From assembly GCF_006345805.1 (NCBI RefSeq), contig NC_043009.1, positions 50,964,001-51,028,000 on the forward strand: 64,000 bases of DNA, given 5' to 3'. The notes under the pieces are model-generated. The model ran no database searches and had not been told where the DNA came from. It saw only the letters and a program-made list of their open reading frames with translations. A program made the position numbers and the translations under genes. Source of the stretch: Octopus sinensis (lineage: Eukaryota). Shown one piece after another: positions 14,325 through 26,880 of the stretch (positions within the stretch are counted from its first letter, which is position 1; every line of letters begins with the position of its first letter).

Positions 14325-15030
14325 CATGAGTTCAGTTCCTGGCGGCACGCTGTGCGCTTGAGCAAAACACTTTATTTCACATTGCTCCTGTCCACTCATC
14401 TGGCAAAAATTAGTGGTACCTGTAACTCAAAGTGCCAGCCTTTTCACATCCCATGTTACACTGTATTTCTGGGAGAATTATGTTAAGGGTACACGTATCT
14501 GCGGAATGCTCAGCTAGTTACTCTTTTACACTATTACTTGTTTCAGTCATTTAACTGCGGCCATGCTGGAGCACTGCCTTTAGTCGAGCAAATCGACCCC
14601 GAGACTTATTCTTTGTAAGCCCAGTACTTATTCTATCGGTCTCTTTTGCCGACCCGCTAAGTGACGGGGACGTAAACACGCTAGCATCGGTTGTCAAGCA
14701 ATGCTAGGGGGACAAACACACACACACAAACACACACACATGCACATATATACATATATATATATACATATATACGACAGGCTTCTTTTCAGTTTCCGTC
14801 TACCAAATCCACTCACAAGGCATTGGTCGGCCCGGGGCTATAGCAGAAGACACTTGCCCAAGTTGCCACGCAGTGGGACTGAACCCGGAACCATGTGGTT
14901 TGTTAGCAAGCTACTTACCACACAGCCACTCCTGCGCCTAGGTTGTACGTTAATTTCACTTGCATATTGTTCCGTTTATCGGATCAACTTGTACACACAT
15001 CCGCGCAACTAACGGAGTACCAGTTGCTCT
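14325..15030 (+). mobile_element. SINE family D, diverged and split by a family A insertion
   Basis: 14325-14520 and 14941-15030 join to match the reverse complement of 34437-34745 (gttaagggtacacg...gtgctcagcc/acttgcacgttaa...gatcgtatcagctg). Confidence 0.65.
14521..14940 (-). mobile_element. SINE family A, young full-length copy
   Basis: Complete head to tail on the minus strand. Confidence 0.9.
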
Positions 15031-15286
15031 TGTACGTAAGAAACCACTTACTTTCCTTTTCTGTCACAGCCATTTATTCGACATTCAGTATGACCTGACA
15101 CTCTTTACGTTATCTCATTTTATGTGTATTTCTTCTAATTTTTCTGTTCTTCCAAACTATACAACTTACTGAAGAGCCAAAAGTCTTTTCTAATTTCATA
15201 TTTCAATAAGCGCCAAACTGATTATTACACTGTTTTCATTTTGACTCTGCATTGTTATTCTCCTTGTCAATTTTTAATGCAAATAC

Positions 15287-15335
<49 letters not shown>

Positions 15336-15419
15336 ACCCACACGCACACACACACACACGCACACACACACACACACCCACACACACACAAACACACAAA
15401 CACACAAACACACAGACGC

Positions 15420-15950
15420 ACTGTTATCATGGCGATGATGACAGCGATGATCACATCGTGGAGTTGGTGTTGGTGGCGGCGGTGGTATTGGTATTCGTGG
15501 TGGTGGAGGTTGTGATGATGATGATGATGACGACGATGAAGAGACGACTATGATGATTATGATGATGGTGGCGGTGGTGGTGGTGGTGGTAGTGGCGGCG
15601 GTGCTGGTGTTGATGACGGTGAAGGCGACGATGTCGTCAACGACGACGATGATAATGATGATGATGATGATGGTGGTGGTGGTAGTGGTGGTAGCGGTGG
15701 TGGTGTTGATGACGCTTAAGACGACGACGATGATGATGGTGACGACGTCGTCGACGGCGAAGACAACGCCGACGATGGTATTGATGATTGTGATGGCGAT
15801 GATGAGAGAGATCAAGATGGTAACGATGGTGATGTCGATAAAGATGATAATGATGACGTTGATAATGCGGAGGGTCAGGACGTGTAAGAGCAGGAATGGG
15901 AGGAGGATGGCTAACGACATGAGCTCATTATGATGATGTTAATGAAGAGG
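15420..15950. repeat. Cryptic trinucleotide repeat (GAT/GGT/GAC)
   Basis: Degenerate triplet runs with shifting phase. Confidence 0.8.
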
Positions 15951-15964
15951 ATAGATGTTTTTGT

Positions 15965-16365
15965 GACAGTTGCTTACGAACCACATGGCTCCGGGTTCAG
16001 TCCCACTGCTTGGCATCTTGTGCAAGTGTCTTCTACTATAGCTTCAGGCCGACCAAAGACTTGTGAGTGGATTTGTTAGACGGAAACTGAAAGAAGCACG
16101 TCGTATGTATGTGTATATATATATATATATACATACATGTGTGTGTGTGTGGCGTGTTTGTGTGTCTGTGTTTGTACCCCCAACATCGCTTGACAACCGA
16201 TGCTGGTGTGTTTACGTCCCCGTAACTTAGCGGTTCGGCAAAAGACAACGACAGAATAAGTTCTAGGCTTACAAAGAATAAATCCTAGGTTTGATTTGCT
16301 CGACTAAAGGCGGTGCTTCAGCATGGCCACAGTCAAATGACTGAAACAAGTAAAAGAGTAAAGAG
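15965..16365 (+). mobile_element. SINE family A
   Basis: Head partly lost; body and tail intact. Confidence 0.85.
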
Positions 16366-16959
16366 TTGTTATTATTGTTGCCATTGTTGTTGTTGTCGTC
16401 GAAGATGATGTCGTTGTTGATGCAGTGGTTGTTGTTGCTGTTGTTCATGTGCTTTCATATCACTTGTGATTGTTGTTCCGGTTGTTGACACTTTAGTTGA
16501 TAATATTATTGCGGTTGTTGTTATTGTTGTTGTTGTTGTTGTTACGTCTTCATATTGTCCATCTCATTAACATTCCACCAAGTGTCGGCCGAAGCACTAC
16601 CACCACCAATACCAGCGGCGCTATCCTCTTGACCGCACCTAACAACAGCTTCTCCTTCTTCTTCTCCCCTATTTCACCCCGCCCCATCTCCACCCCTCTC
16701 TTTCATCCTTCTCCTCCTACTCATCGTTTTTCTCACACCACCGAAACCCACGACCAACACCACCACCACCACCTCCATCGCCGCACCATCACAACCACGC
16801 TTTCGACCTCACATCGCCTCCTCTACCCAAACCTCCCTCCCTCCCTCTTGTATAGCCAATGGGAACAGAACAGAAACAGAAACAGAAAACGTTATTACGG
16901 AGAAGCTGTACATGTGATAACTATTTATTTCATCTTTTGTCTCAAGAACGATAATGGTG

Positions 16960-19400
16960 GCGGTGAAGGCGGCGGTGGTGGTGGTGGTTCTAGTGGTGGT
17001 GGTGGTTCTAGTGGTGGTGGTGGTTCTAGTGGTGGTGGTGGTTCTAGTGGTGGTGGTGGGGTTCTAGTGGTGGTGGTGGTGGTGGTGGTGGTGGTGATGG
17101 CAGTGTTGGTGGTGCTGGTGCTCTTGGGAGCGGTGGCAGTGGTGGTTCAGTGGACGTGGTGGGTGTGGTGCTCTTTGTAAGATGTAGTGGTGGCGTTGGT
17201 TATGGTGGTGGTGGTGGTGGTGGTGTTGGTATTGGTGGTGTGGTTGGTATTGGTGGTGTGGTAGTGGTGTTGGTATTGGTGGAGTCGTGGTGGTGTTGGT
17301 ATTGGTGGTGGTGGTGATAGTGGTGGTTCAGGTGGACGTAGGGGGTGTGGTGCTCTTTGTAAGATGTAGTGGTGGCTTTGGTTATGGTGGTGGTGGTGGT
17401 GTTGGTATTGGTGGTGTGGTTGGTATTGGTGATGTGGTAGTGGTGTTGGTACTGGTGGTGGTGTTGGTATTGGTGGTGGTGGTGATAGTGGTGGTTCAGG
17501 TGGACGTAGGGGGTGTGGTGCTCTTTGTAAGATGTAGTGGTGGTTGTTTATGGTGGTGGTGGTGGTGTTGGTATTGGTGGTGTGGTGGTATTGGTGATGT
17601 GGTAGTGGTGTTGGTACTGGTGGTGGTGTTGGTATTGGTGGTGGTGGTGATAGTGGTGGTTCAGGTGGACGTAGGGGGTGTGGTGCTCTTTGTAAGATGT
17701 AGTGGTGGCTTTGGTTATGGTGGTGTGGTGGTGGTGTTGGTATTGGTGGTGTGGTTGGTTATTGTGATGTGGTAGGGTGTGGTACTGGTGGTGGTGTTGG
17801 TATTGGGGTGGTGGTGATAGTGGTGGTTCAGGTGGACGTAGGGGGTGTGGTGCTCTTTGTAAGATGTAGTGGTGGCTTTGGTTATGGTGGTGGTGGTGGT
17901 GTTGGTATTGGTGGTGTGGTTGGTATTGGTGATGTGGTAGTGGTGTTGGTACTGGTGGCGGTGTTGGTATTGGTGGTGTCGTGGTGGTGTTGGTATTGGT
18001 GGTGGTGGTGATAGTGGTGGTTCAGGTGGACGTAGGGGGTGTGGTGCTCTTTGTAAGATGTAATGATGGTGTTGGTTATGGTGGTGGTGGTGTTGGTATT
18101 GGTGGTGTCGTGGTGGTGTTGGTTGTTGTGGTGGTGGTGTTGGTATTGGTGGTGGTGGTGATAGTGGTGGTTCAGGTGGACGTAGGGGGTGTGGTGCTCT
18201 TTGTAAGATGTAATGATGGTGTTGGTTATGGTGGTGGTGGTGTTGGTATTGGTGGTGTCGTGGTGGTGTTGGTTGTTGTGGTGGTGGTGTTGGTATTGGT
18301 GGTGGTGGTGATAGTGGTGGTTCAGGTGGACGTAGGGGGTGTGGTGCTCTTTGTAAGATGTAATGATGGTGTTGGTTATGGTGGTGGTGGTGTTGGTATT
18401 GGTGGTGTCGTGGTGGTGTTGGTTGTTGTGGTGGTGGTGTTGGTATTGGTGGTGGTGGTGATAGTGGTGGTTCAGGTGGACGTAGGGGGTGTGGTGCTCT
18501 TTGTAAGATGTAGTGGTGGCTTTGGTTATGGTGGTGGTGGTGGTGTTGGTATTGGTGGTGTGGTTGGTATTGGTGATGTGGTAGTGGTGTTGGTACTGGT
18601 GGCGGTGTTGGTATTGGTGGTGTCGTGGTGGTGTTGGTATTGGTGGTGGTGGTGATAGTGGTGGTTCAGGTGGACGTAGGGGGTGTGGTGCTCTTTGTAA
18701 GATGTAATGATGGTGTTGGTTATGGTGGTGGTGGTGTTGGTATTGGTGGTGTCGTGGTGGTGTTGGTTGTTGTGGTGGTGGTGTTGGATGCGGTGGTAGT
18801 GGTGGTTCAGGTGGACGTAGTGGGTGTGGTGCTCTTTGTAAGATGTAATGGTGGCGTTGGTTATGGTGGTGGTGGTGCTGTTGCTGGTATTGGTGGTGGT
18901 GCTGGTATTGGTGGTGGTGGTGGTGGTGGTGGTGGTGCTTGCATTGGTGGTGATGGTGCTGGTGGTGTTGGGTGCGGTGGTAGTGGCGATTCAGGTGGAC
19001 GTGGTAGGTGTGGCGCACTTTGTAAGATGTGGTGGTGGTGGTGGTGGTGGCAGTGGTGGCGTTGGCGATGGTAGTGATGGCGGCGTTGGTGATGGTGTTG
19101 ATGGTGGTGGTGGTGGTGGTGGTGGTGGTGGTGGGAGTGTTGTTGTTGTTGGTGGTAGTGGTGACGACTGTTGTGACGGTGATAATGTGTTGCTTTGGGT
19201 GATAGCTTTCATAGTGACTTTCCTCATGGCAGTGGAAGTGGTGGTAGATTCTTATGGTGGTTGTGGTGACAGCAGTGGTAATTGTAGTGGGTTTGCTGAT
19301 TGTTGTTGCGGTGAAGTGGTGGTGGTGGTGGTGGTGGCGGCGGCGGCGGCGGCGGTGGTGCTGATGATGATAGCGGCAGTGGTGGTCATAGTGGTGGTAG
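16960..19400. repeat. GGT-rich complex minisatellite with 12 copies of a conserved 41-bp core
   Basis: Core TCAGGTGGACGTAGGGGGTGTGGTGCTCTTTGTAAGATGTA. Its CTCTTT positions are 17171, 17353, 17521, 17686, 17853, 18047, 18197, 18347, 18497, 18691, 18832 and 19016. Confidence 0.95.
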
Positions 19401-19493
19401 GTTTCGGCAGTGTCAAACCTCTGATCAAGATCATTCAAGCAATGAACACAATTCTGGATTTTATTTTCAGAAATAATATGTTTAAGAAAAAAA

Positions 19494-19550
<57 letters not shown>

Positions 19551-19624
19551 TGTGTGTGTGCGTGTGTGTACGTGTGTGTGTGTGAGTGTAAAGTGAATCA
19601 TAATTATTTCTCATATATATATAT

Positions 19625-19800
19625 ATAAAATAATATGTTACATTACTCGATAGTCAAGATAAAACTCTGAGTTTCAGATGCCGAAGTGGGAATCCACAAC
19701 GCCATCTCTTCGGTTATCTGGCTATTTTATAGATAAATTTCCTCTATTTACATAATATTGAGGTCTCTTTCTTTCTTTTGTTATCTTACCGTTTTACCAA
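19625..19800 (-). mobile_element. ~180-bp element between (TA)n runs carrying a hammerhead-like motif (Penelope-derived or retrozyme-like)
   Basis: Unique sequence bounded by TA runs (about 19613-19626 and 19800-19815) and containing the fold described in the next feature. Confidence 0.5.
19657..19719 (-). ncRNA. Type I hammerhead-ribozyme-like motif
   Basis: Minus strand reads AGATAA-CCGAAGA-GATG-(22 nt including a GTGG/CCAC hairpin)-CATC-T-GAAA-CTCAGAG-TT-TTATCT: perfect 6-bp stem I, 4-bp stem II, ACT/AGT stem III, GUU triplet. The core has C instead of U at position 4. Confidence 0.65.
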
Positions 19801-20966
19801 TATATATATATATATTAAATACTTAGGGAATATTAATTCTTCCAGGCTATAACACAGAGAAACGATCCTTTATATCCAATGTCTGATTTTTTTTTTTTTG
19901 GAAATATGAAATGAAAGTTTGAAGGAAACACCTTTATGTACTCCCGTTTATATTTAACCTCTTTTAGCACTGAAAATTATACCCCAGTATGGTCACAGCT
20001 GGATGTTGAAACAGGTAAAATTAGGGTTGTAGATTCGTTCTTTATTTTCTAAGTTCATTCTAAGCTGTCGTGGCCGACATACTTGATTAATAGATTACCT
20101 TCTATCTTAATGCGATCCCCCTGTGCCCTGGTTACCTTTAGTGGAGTCTCTTTTGTTGCAAGTATTTGGATCCAGTCTTCGATTTGAGGAATCCTTCCTC
20201 CCCTATCCTTATAAATTCTTCGATGTTTTGTATAGAGTCATGGGATCACTTATCTCTCCTGACTGACAAATAAAATAACAATCGCTACTCACATCAGTCA
20301 CATTAGAACCAACAACAAAATTTTGAGACAACAATAACTTCAAAATCAATCTAAAACGATAAAAAACAAATACTGGAACTAATCATTGTTTGAACCTCTC
20401 TGCGGTCAGCCAAGCAGCTAGAACTAGCAGCCAAGTTACCCTGTAACCCCGGCACATTGTTACAGAATGAAACATTAAATGGTTGTGGATGGACTGCTTT
20501 CGTTCTTACAGATCCCTGCTAGATGAGAGCTGATCTGTGAATAAAGCTGTAAGATTAACAACAACAATAACAACAACGAAAGATATACGTGATGAAACCC
20601 AACATCATGAAGAAAGGAAAAACATGGCTATTAACTCATTCTCAAGTCTACAGCCGTTCAATAAAATATAATGAAGGTAAGAAAAATCAAAACACTTGTC
20701 ACTAAATGCAGAACATCCATAACCAAAGTAGCAAATTTAGACATCATGTAATCTTTAATATACAAAAAGTGAAAACAACAGAATAATAAAACCTATCACC
20801 TCATAACCACCTCTGCAGACATCAACATCATCTCTATAAAGCCCCCCCCCACCTAATCGTCATGTTAACTGTCTCATAAAGCATTGCAGCACTAACATCG
20901 TCGTCTTATCAATCGACACGCCAAACGTCACACACACACACACACACACACTCACACACACACACA

Positions 20967-21020
<54 letters not shown>

Positions 21021-21450
21021 ACGCACACATACACACACACACACAAACACAAGCATTAACACACACAACACACGCAGCACACACGCACGCACACACACAC
21101 GTCAACCAAGACATTCACACCGGTCCAACACAGACGAAATTGCACTGTCAACATGAAACTAAGCACCAACGCCACCCCATCAGTTTCCATGTCATCATCG
21201 TATCATCACTCGTATCATCAACACCAACACCAACACCACCTGGACATCGTTTTTTAAGAGACACGCAAATATTCACAATGGCGATGAAATCACGCTACGT
21301 TTCCGTGTGAAAGAAGTGAGAGGTCAACGAATTGTGTGAAACATTTACTGTGGGAAGCACACACACGTATACAGACACAGACACTTGCACATACATACAC
21401 TTTCGTGTATACCAACATGCACATGCATACATATTATAGATATATGTATG

Positions 21451-21822
21451 TGCAAGAGTGGCTGTGTGTTAAGTAACTTGCTTACCAGCCACATGGTTCC
21501 GGGTTCAGTCCCACAGCGTATCACCTTGTGCAAGTGCCTTCTACTATAGCCTCGGGCCGACCAAACCCTTGTGAGTGGATTTGGTAGACGGAAACTGAAC
21601 AAAGCCTGTCGTATATATATATGCGTATGTATATGTTTGTCCGCCAACATCGCTTAACAACCGATGCTGGTGTGTTTACATCTCCGTTACAAAGCAAAAG
21701 TGACTGACAAAATAAGTACTAGGGTTACAAAGAATAAGCCCTGGGGTCGATTTGCTTTACTAAAGGCGGTGCTCCAGCATGGCCGCAGCCAAATAACTGA
21801 AACAATCAAAAGAATAAAGAAT
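21451..21822 (+). mobile_element. SINE family A
   Basis: Head, internal TA tract and tail all present. Confidence 0.85.
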
Positions 21823-21988
21823 ATGTGCATGCATGCCCATAGCAATACACGTATATGGCAGAGAGAGAAAGAGAGAAGGAGAGAGCAAAAGAATGGCAGA
21901 GACAGAGACAGACATAACAGCACATCATTCCGTCGTAAACATCCTAGAGTACACCATATATACACAATATTCATAAATGTGAAGAACA

Positions 21989-22030
<42 letters not shown>

Positions 22031-22101
22031 TGCAAATATGAATATTGTATATACATATATATACATATATGAATTATATATACATATATATATATATGAA
22101 T

Positions 22102-22135
<34 letters not shown>

Positions 22136-22394
22136 CAATATTCTTCAATGTGAAGAACAACGTCATAATACACACACACACACACTTACACACGCTCAGC
22201 TAAACACAGACATATACATCTTTCTTTGCATATCCGAATGACTTTTGCGTATGTGCGTATGTATCTATCTATCTATATGTGTGTGCATATAGAAAACAAT
22301 ATATGAAAGTTAAATTTTAATTTAAAATTATGGTTTAGATAGGATACATTAAAATGCAGTATCCAAGTCTTGTTTCGGGTAAGCCCCAAGCAGT

Positions 22395-22860
22395 ATACCT
22401 ATTTCTTTATTACCCACAAGGAGCTAAATATAGAGGGGACAAACAAAGACAGACATAGGTATTAAGTCGATTATATCGACCCCAGTGCGTAACTGGTACT
22501 TAATTTATCGAGGCGAGCCGGCAGAATCGTTAGCACGCCGGGCGAAATGCTTAGCGGTATTTTGTCTGTCTCTATGTTCTGGGTTCAAATTCCGCCGAGG
22601 TCGACTTTGCCTTTCATCCTTTCGGGGTCGATAAATTAAGTACCAGTTACGCATTGGGGTCGATGTAATCGACTTAATCCGTTTGTCTGTCCTTCTTTGT
22701 CCTCTCTGTGTTTAGCCACTTGTGGGTAGTAAAGAAATAGGTACTTAATTTATCGATCCCGAAAGGATGAAAGGTAAAGTCGACCTCGGCGGAATTTGAA
22801 CTCACAACGTAACGGCAGACAAAATACCGCTAAGCATTTCGCCCGGCGTGCTAACGGTAT
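22395..22860. mobile_element. SINE family C (+, 22512-22742) inserted into a family C copy on the minus strand
   Basis: GGTACTTAATTTATCGA occurs at 22495-22511 and 22740-22756, i.e. a target-site duplication. Confidence 0.9.
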
Positions 22861-23129
22861 ACCTTCAGAGTTCGTTCACCACTTATGCCGACCAGTCGTC
22901 ATCCGAGGTACTGCGCTTTCGTCGCTGGATCTACGTCCGGATTTCCTTGTTGCAAGTTGAGTATATTCTATATCATCTAGAATATATATAGGTATCGATG
23001 TATATATATATCATTATATACACAGTATGTGTGTGTGTTTGTGCATGTTTATCCTACATAAACGCACACACACACACACACACACACACACCACACACAC
23101 ACACACACAACACACACATGTACACACAT

Positions 23130-23280
23130 ATAGGTACAGGTTTAGGTGCGTGGTATGAAGTTTACTCCCCAACCAAACGCATCTGGGTTCAGTCCCGCTG
23201 CGTGGCATCTTGGCCAAGTGTCTTCTGCTAAATCTTTGTGAGTGGATTTGATGGACGGAAACTGAAGGAAAACCGTCATA
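23130..23280 (+). mobile_element. SINE family A head, diverged
   Basis: gggttcagtcccgctgcgtggcatcttggccaagtgtcttc...gtgagtggatttg. Confidence 0.65.
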
Positions 23281-24319
23281 TGTGTGTATGTGTGTGCGTG
23301 TGTGTATGCATGTATGCATGTGTGTGTGATTGTGTATGTATTCTACGTCTTAACCGTTCATGAAGTATCGCTGGACATGTTTCTACTTTCTGTATTATAT
23401 TGAACTTATGATGCTTAATAACATTTACATCACAAGTTTACAAGTTTTAATTTTTCGTTCTTTTGACATACACCAATCCTTATACTACCTGCGTGTGTAT
23501 GTGTAAATGTGTGTGCCTCTGTGTCTGTGTATGCTTGTTTAGTCAGAGTTTAGTCAGTGTTTAGTCATGTATCATTTAGATTAGCAACCGTATTGTAAAA
23601 CTGCAGGACAGGCTCAAAGGAGACTTGAGATGACAAAGAGTTCTACAAAGAGTTCAAGCAGTTGGATGACATTAGATTTTTCTTCTGCTTCAAGGCATAA
23701 GGTGAATTTATTCCACAGTTTGAACTATTTGTATTAGTCATTGTAATTTTTTGTGTCTGGCAACATTTTTATATCTCTTGTGAAACAATCTTGCAAAAAA
23801 ATTTGTAGGAATCGTAATTGTAAAGAAATTCAAAGAACGAGGTGCTGTTGATTTTTAGCCCATCTCAGCTCTGCTCAAGCAGACATACGATCAAAGGTAC
23901 TCGAACCGTAACATTGCACTTATTTTTCAAGGCAAACGAAGCGATGATTACATTATATCATCTTCTTCTCATCCAATAAAGAAGGCTGGGGTTTGAGGGT
24001 AATTTTGCTGATATTTCTAACAAGTCGAACGACGACATATAGGCTCCTTCCCATTGTTCGGAATTTTGATGCTAAGATTATAGACATTGTCAAACATTTG
24101 TTTTCTACTCCTTGGAGAAAAAAACGTTTCTCTCTCTCTCTGTCCGTCCATCCGTATGTATGTATGTATGTATGTATGTATGTATGTATGTATGTATGTA
24201 TGTATGTATGTATGTATGTATGTATGTATGTACGTATGTATGTATGTATGTATATGGCCGCAATGCAATGACTGAATTAACCGTCATGAGGAATCGCCTA
24301 GAGGGTTCAAATCAACAGT

Positions 24320-24515
24320 GGTACCTATTCTTTCTACGTCTGGGACTCATTCTATCGTAGTACTTCGCCGAATCATAAAGTTAGGTGGACGTAAACAAGC
24401 CCGCACTGGCAAATATAAAGACACACACACAGACACGCAAACACACACACACGCACATACTATCATCTATCTTTTTATCTCACTAGATAGATAGATAGAT
24501 AGATACATACATACA

Positions 24516-24548
<33 letters not shown>

Positions 24549-24735
24549 GCACTCATGTGGGTGTGTATTCATATGCACACATGATGGATTTCCACACCAT
24601 TACCGTCTATCAAACTCACTCCTCAAGGACATTAGTCGAACAAGAGTTATCCTAGAAGACAGTTGAGAAAGATGTCATGTAGCGGGGTCGAACCCTAAAC
24701 ATCACAGTTTGAAAAGCAAAGTTCTTGATCGCATA
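24320..24735 (-). mobile_element. Old SINE family A copy
   Basis: Degenerate match to the family A body on both sides of a CA/GATA/CATA tract. Confidence 0.45.
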
Positions 24736-25099
24736 TCCTTGCCTGCGCTGTATATGTGTGCGTGTGTGGGTGTATATGTGTGTGCGCGCGCCCTCGTATG
24801 TGTAATTACATACATATACAAATTTTCCGGGTGTTCGCGACTGAAGATGAGCAAAACTAGCTCGAAACCGAGTCGGTCTCGCGATCCCGTCATCCACTGG
24901 ATGACGATAGAGGTTAGCTCCCCTGTTTGCAATATATACAGAGTGCAGGATGCACCTATAACCAGCTGGCAGAAGATCTGCCTGGGATTAAAACAGAAGT
25001 AACATCGAACAGCCATTATCGATGCGGCGATTAACTTGTTAGTATAGTTACTACTCTTACCGCTTATCGAGACTTTCCTACTTTGCTTACACACACATG

Positions 25100-25165
<66 letters not shown>

Positions 25166-25293
25166 ATTGTTGTATGTGTTTTAGAAAACGGTTTGATACA
25201 AATAGTTTTGGGTATGAATAAATCTGCATTCTCCTCTTGGTTTTCCATTATATATATTATATATATATATACATATACATATACACACACACA

Positions 25294-25338
<45 letters not shown>

Positions 25339-25985
25339 ATATATATATATATATAATATATATATATATTATTTAGCTCCTACATATAACGAGTTGTTGC
25401 TGTTGTTTCTGCTGTTATTGCTGTATCGTTGATGTTGTTTTAGCTCCAGGTCAACCCAGCTCGAAAGGAGAAGTGATCAAAGGTATTCAAGCTGTGATCA
25501 TCCCATCTTTCTTCCAGACACGCGGTACAGAGGACTACAAAAGCCAATATGATATTTAAGATGACAGGCTGTGTTTTCAGGCATTTATTTTCTTATAAGT
25601 CGAGCCATCACTTATATGAATCCCTGATTATTTCCCTTTAGTTATCTATGTAACTGTTCGTTTTTGCATTTACCCACATTTATTCCTATATTCCATTCGT
25701 TAAGTATCGTTTTCTTTAAAATTATTTAAATGCTGTAAGTTGATAAAGCAAAGTAATTTATACGAATCTAAGAGTGAACTTGAAGGGTTAAAGCGAACTA
25801 CTAGAAATAGCAGCCAAATCGACTTCGAATTTCACCCTGTCTGTAAACAAAGAAGAGCACAACGCGTATTTTAGTTTTAGGTTCACAATATGCATTACCT
25901 AAAACAATATAGGACGGTGGAAGTGGTGGGGGGTCATAACCGGAAGATCAAATTTATGGGGTTAACTAAGACAGCAACAACAAGT

Positions 25986-26180
25986 GGAGGGGCAATGGCC
26001 CAGTGGTTAGGGCAGCGGACTCGTGGTCGTAAGAACGCGGTTTTGATTCCCAGACCGGGCATTGTGAGTTTTTATTGAGCAAAACCACCTAAGCTCCACG
26101 AAGCTCCAGTGGGATGGGGGTAGTGAACCCCGCTGAATTCTTTCACCACAACTTTCTTTCACTCAGTCTTCATACTTCTG
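25986..26180 (+). mobile_element. SINE family E, diverged 5' part
   Basis: tggcccagtggttagggcagcggactcg head; aligns to the reverse complement of 27440-27742. Confidence 0.7.
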
Positions 26181-26611
26181 CCACAAAGCAGAGGAACCAT
26201 GGTGTAATCCACTATGATGTGGTAAACTTCAGATCCTAGTCTAGAATGCGAATCCTCTGTACCCCAGGATGGCTCAGCTCTCTAGCCGTTAAAAGCCACC
26301 GTTTACAGAATGAGGATAACAACGTAGCTTTCGCGCCAGTGCAACCGCCAGTCTATCGCGTGTGGTGGGTGGATCTTCAAGTCTTCAAGTCGGAATCGGC
26401 GTAAGCTTAAGAAATAAACCACGACAGGAGAACTGCGATATGGCGAAGGATTACTGTACATTAAAGATACATGCCAGGCTCGACTGTAATGGCAATAGCA
26501 ACAACATCAACAATAATATATGTCTATGTATGTGTGTTCGTGCGTGTGCATGTGTTTCTGTGTGCGCGCGCACACTTTTATATATGTGTGTGTGTGTTTG
26601 TGTGTATATAA

Positions 26612-26880
26612 GTATCTTTACCTTTTGACCGACAGATTTAAAAAATAATTTTTTGTAATCAAACACTTTCAAACTTCGTATACTTGTAGAAAGTGTCACA
26701 TAAGACATCTTTTACTCTTAGCGTTGTTGAGAAAATTCTGTATTTTAGAAGTTATTTCTTGTTAAAGTTGTCGTATTTCGGTAATTTCAACCAATCAGTG
26801 ACGTGTATTCAGCTGAATAAAATTACTGCCGCTCTTTGTCAACAACAACTATCGGCGGTGTATATTTCGTTTGTCACTGA
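26612..26880 (-). repeat. Second copy of the unclassified ~270-bp repeat
   Basis: Reverse complement of 12995-13270. Confidence 0.8.

Noticed and set aside
15267-15933. Met/Val/Asp-rich ORFs
   Set aside because: Cryptic GAT/GGT repeat with shifting phase and no domain signature.
17140-19035. CRISPR array interpretation of the repeat-spacer structure
   Set aside because: Spacers are 100-150 bp of low-complexity GGT sequence related to each other, the context is eukaryotic, and there are no cas genes.
17882-19438. 518-aa His/Thr/Pro-rich ORF (and overlapping Val/Gly-rich ORFs) as a real protein
   Set aside because: Product of triplet repeats. The core is read in different frames in different units because 5 of 11 spacings are not multiples of 3.
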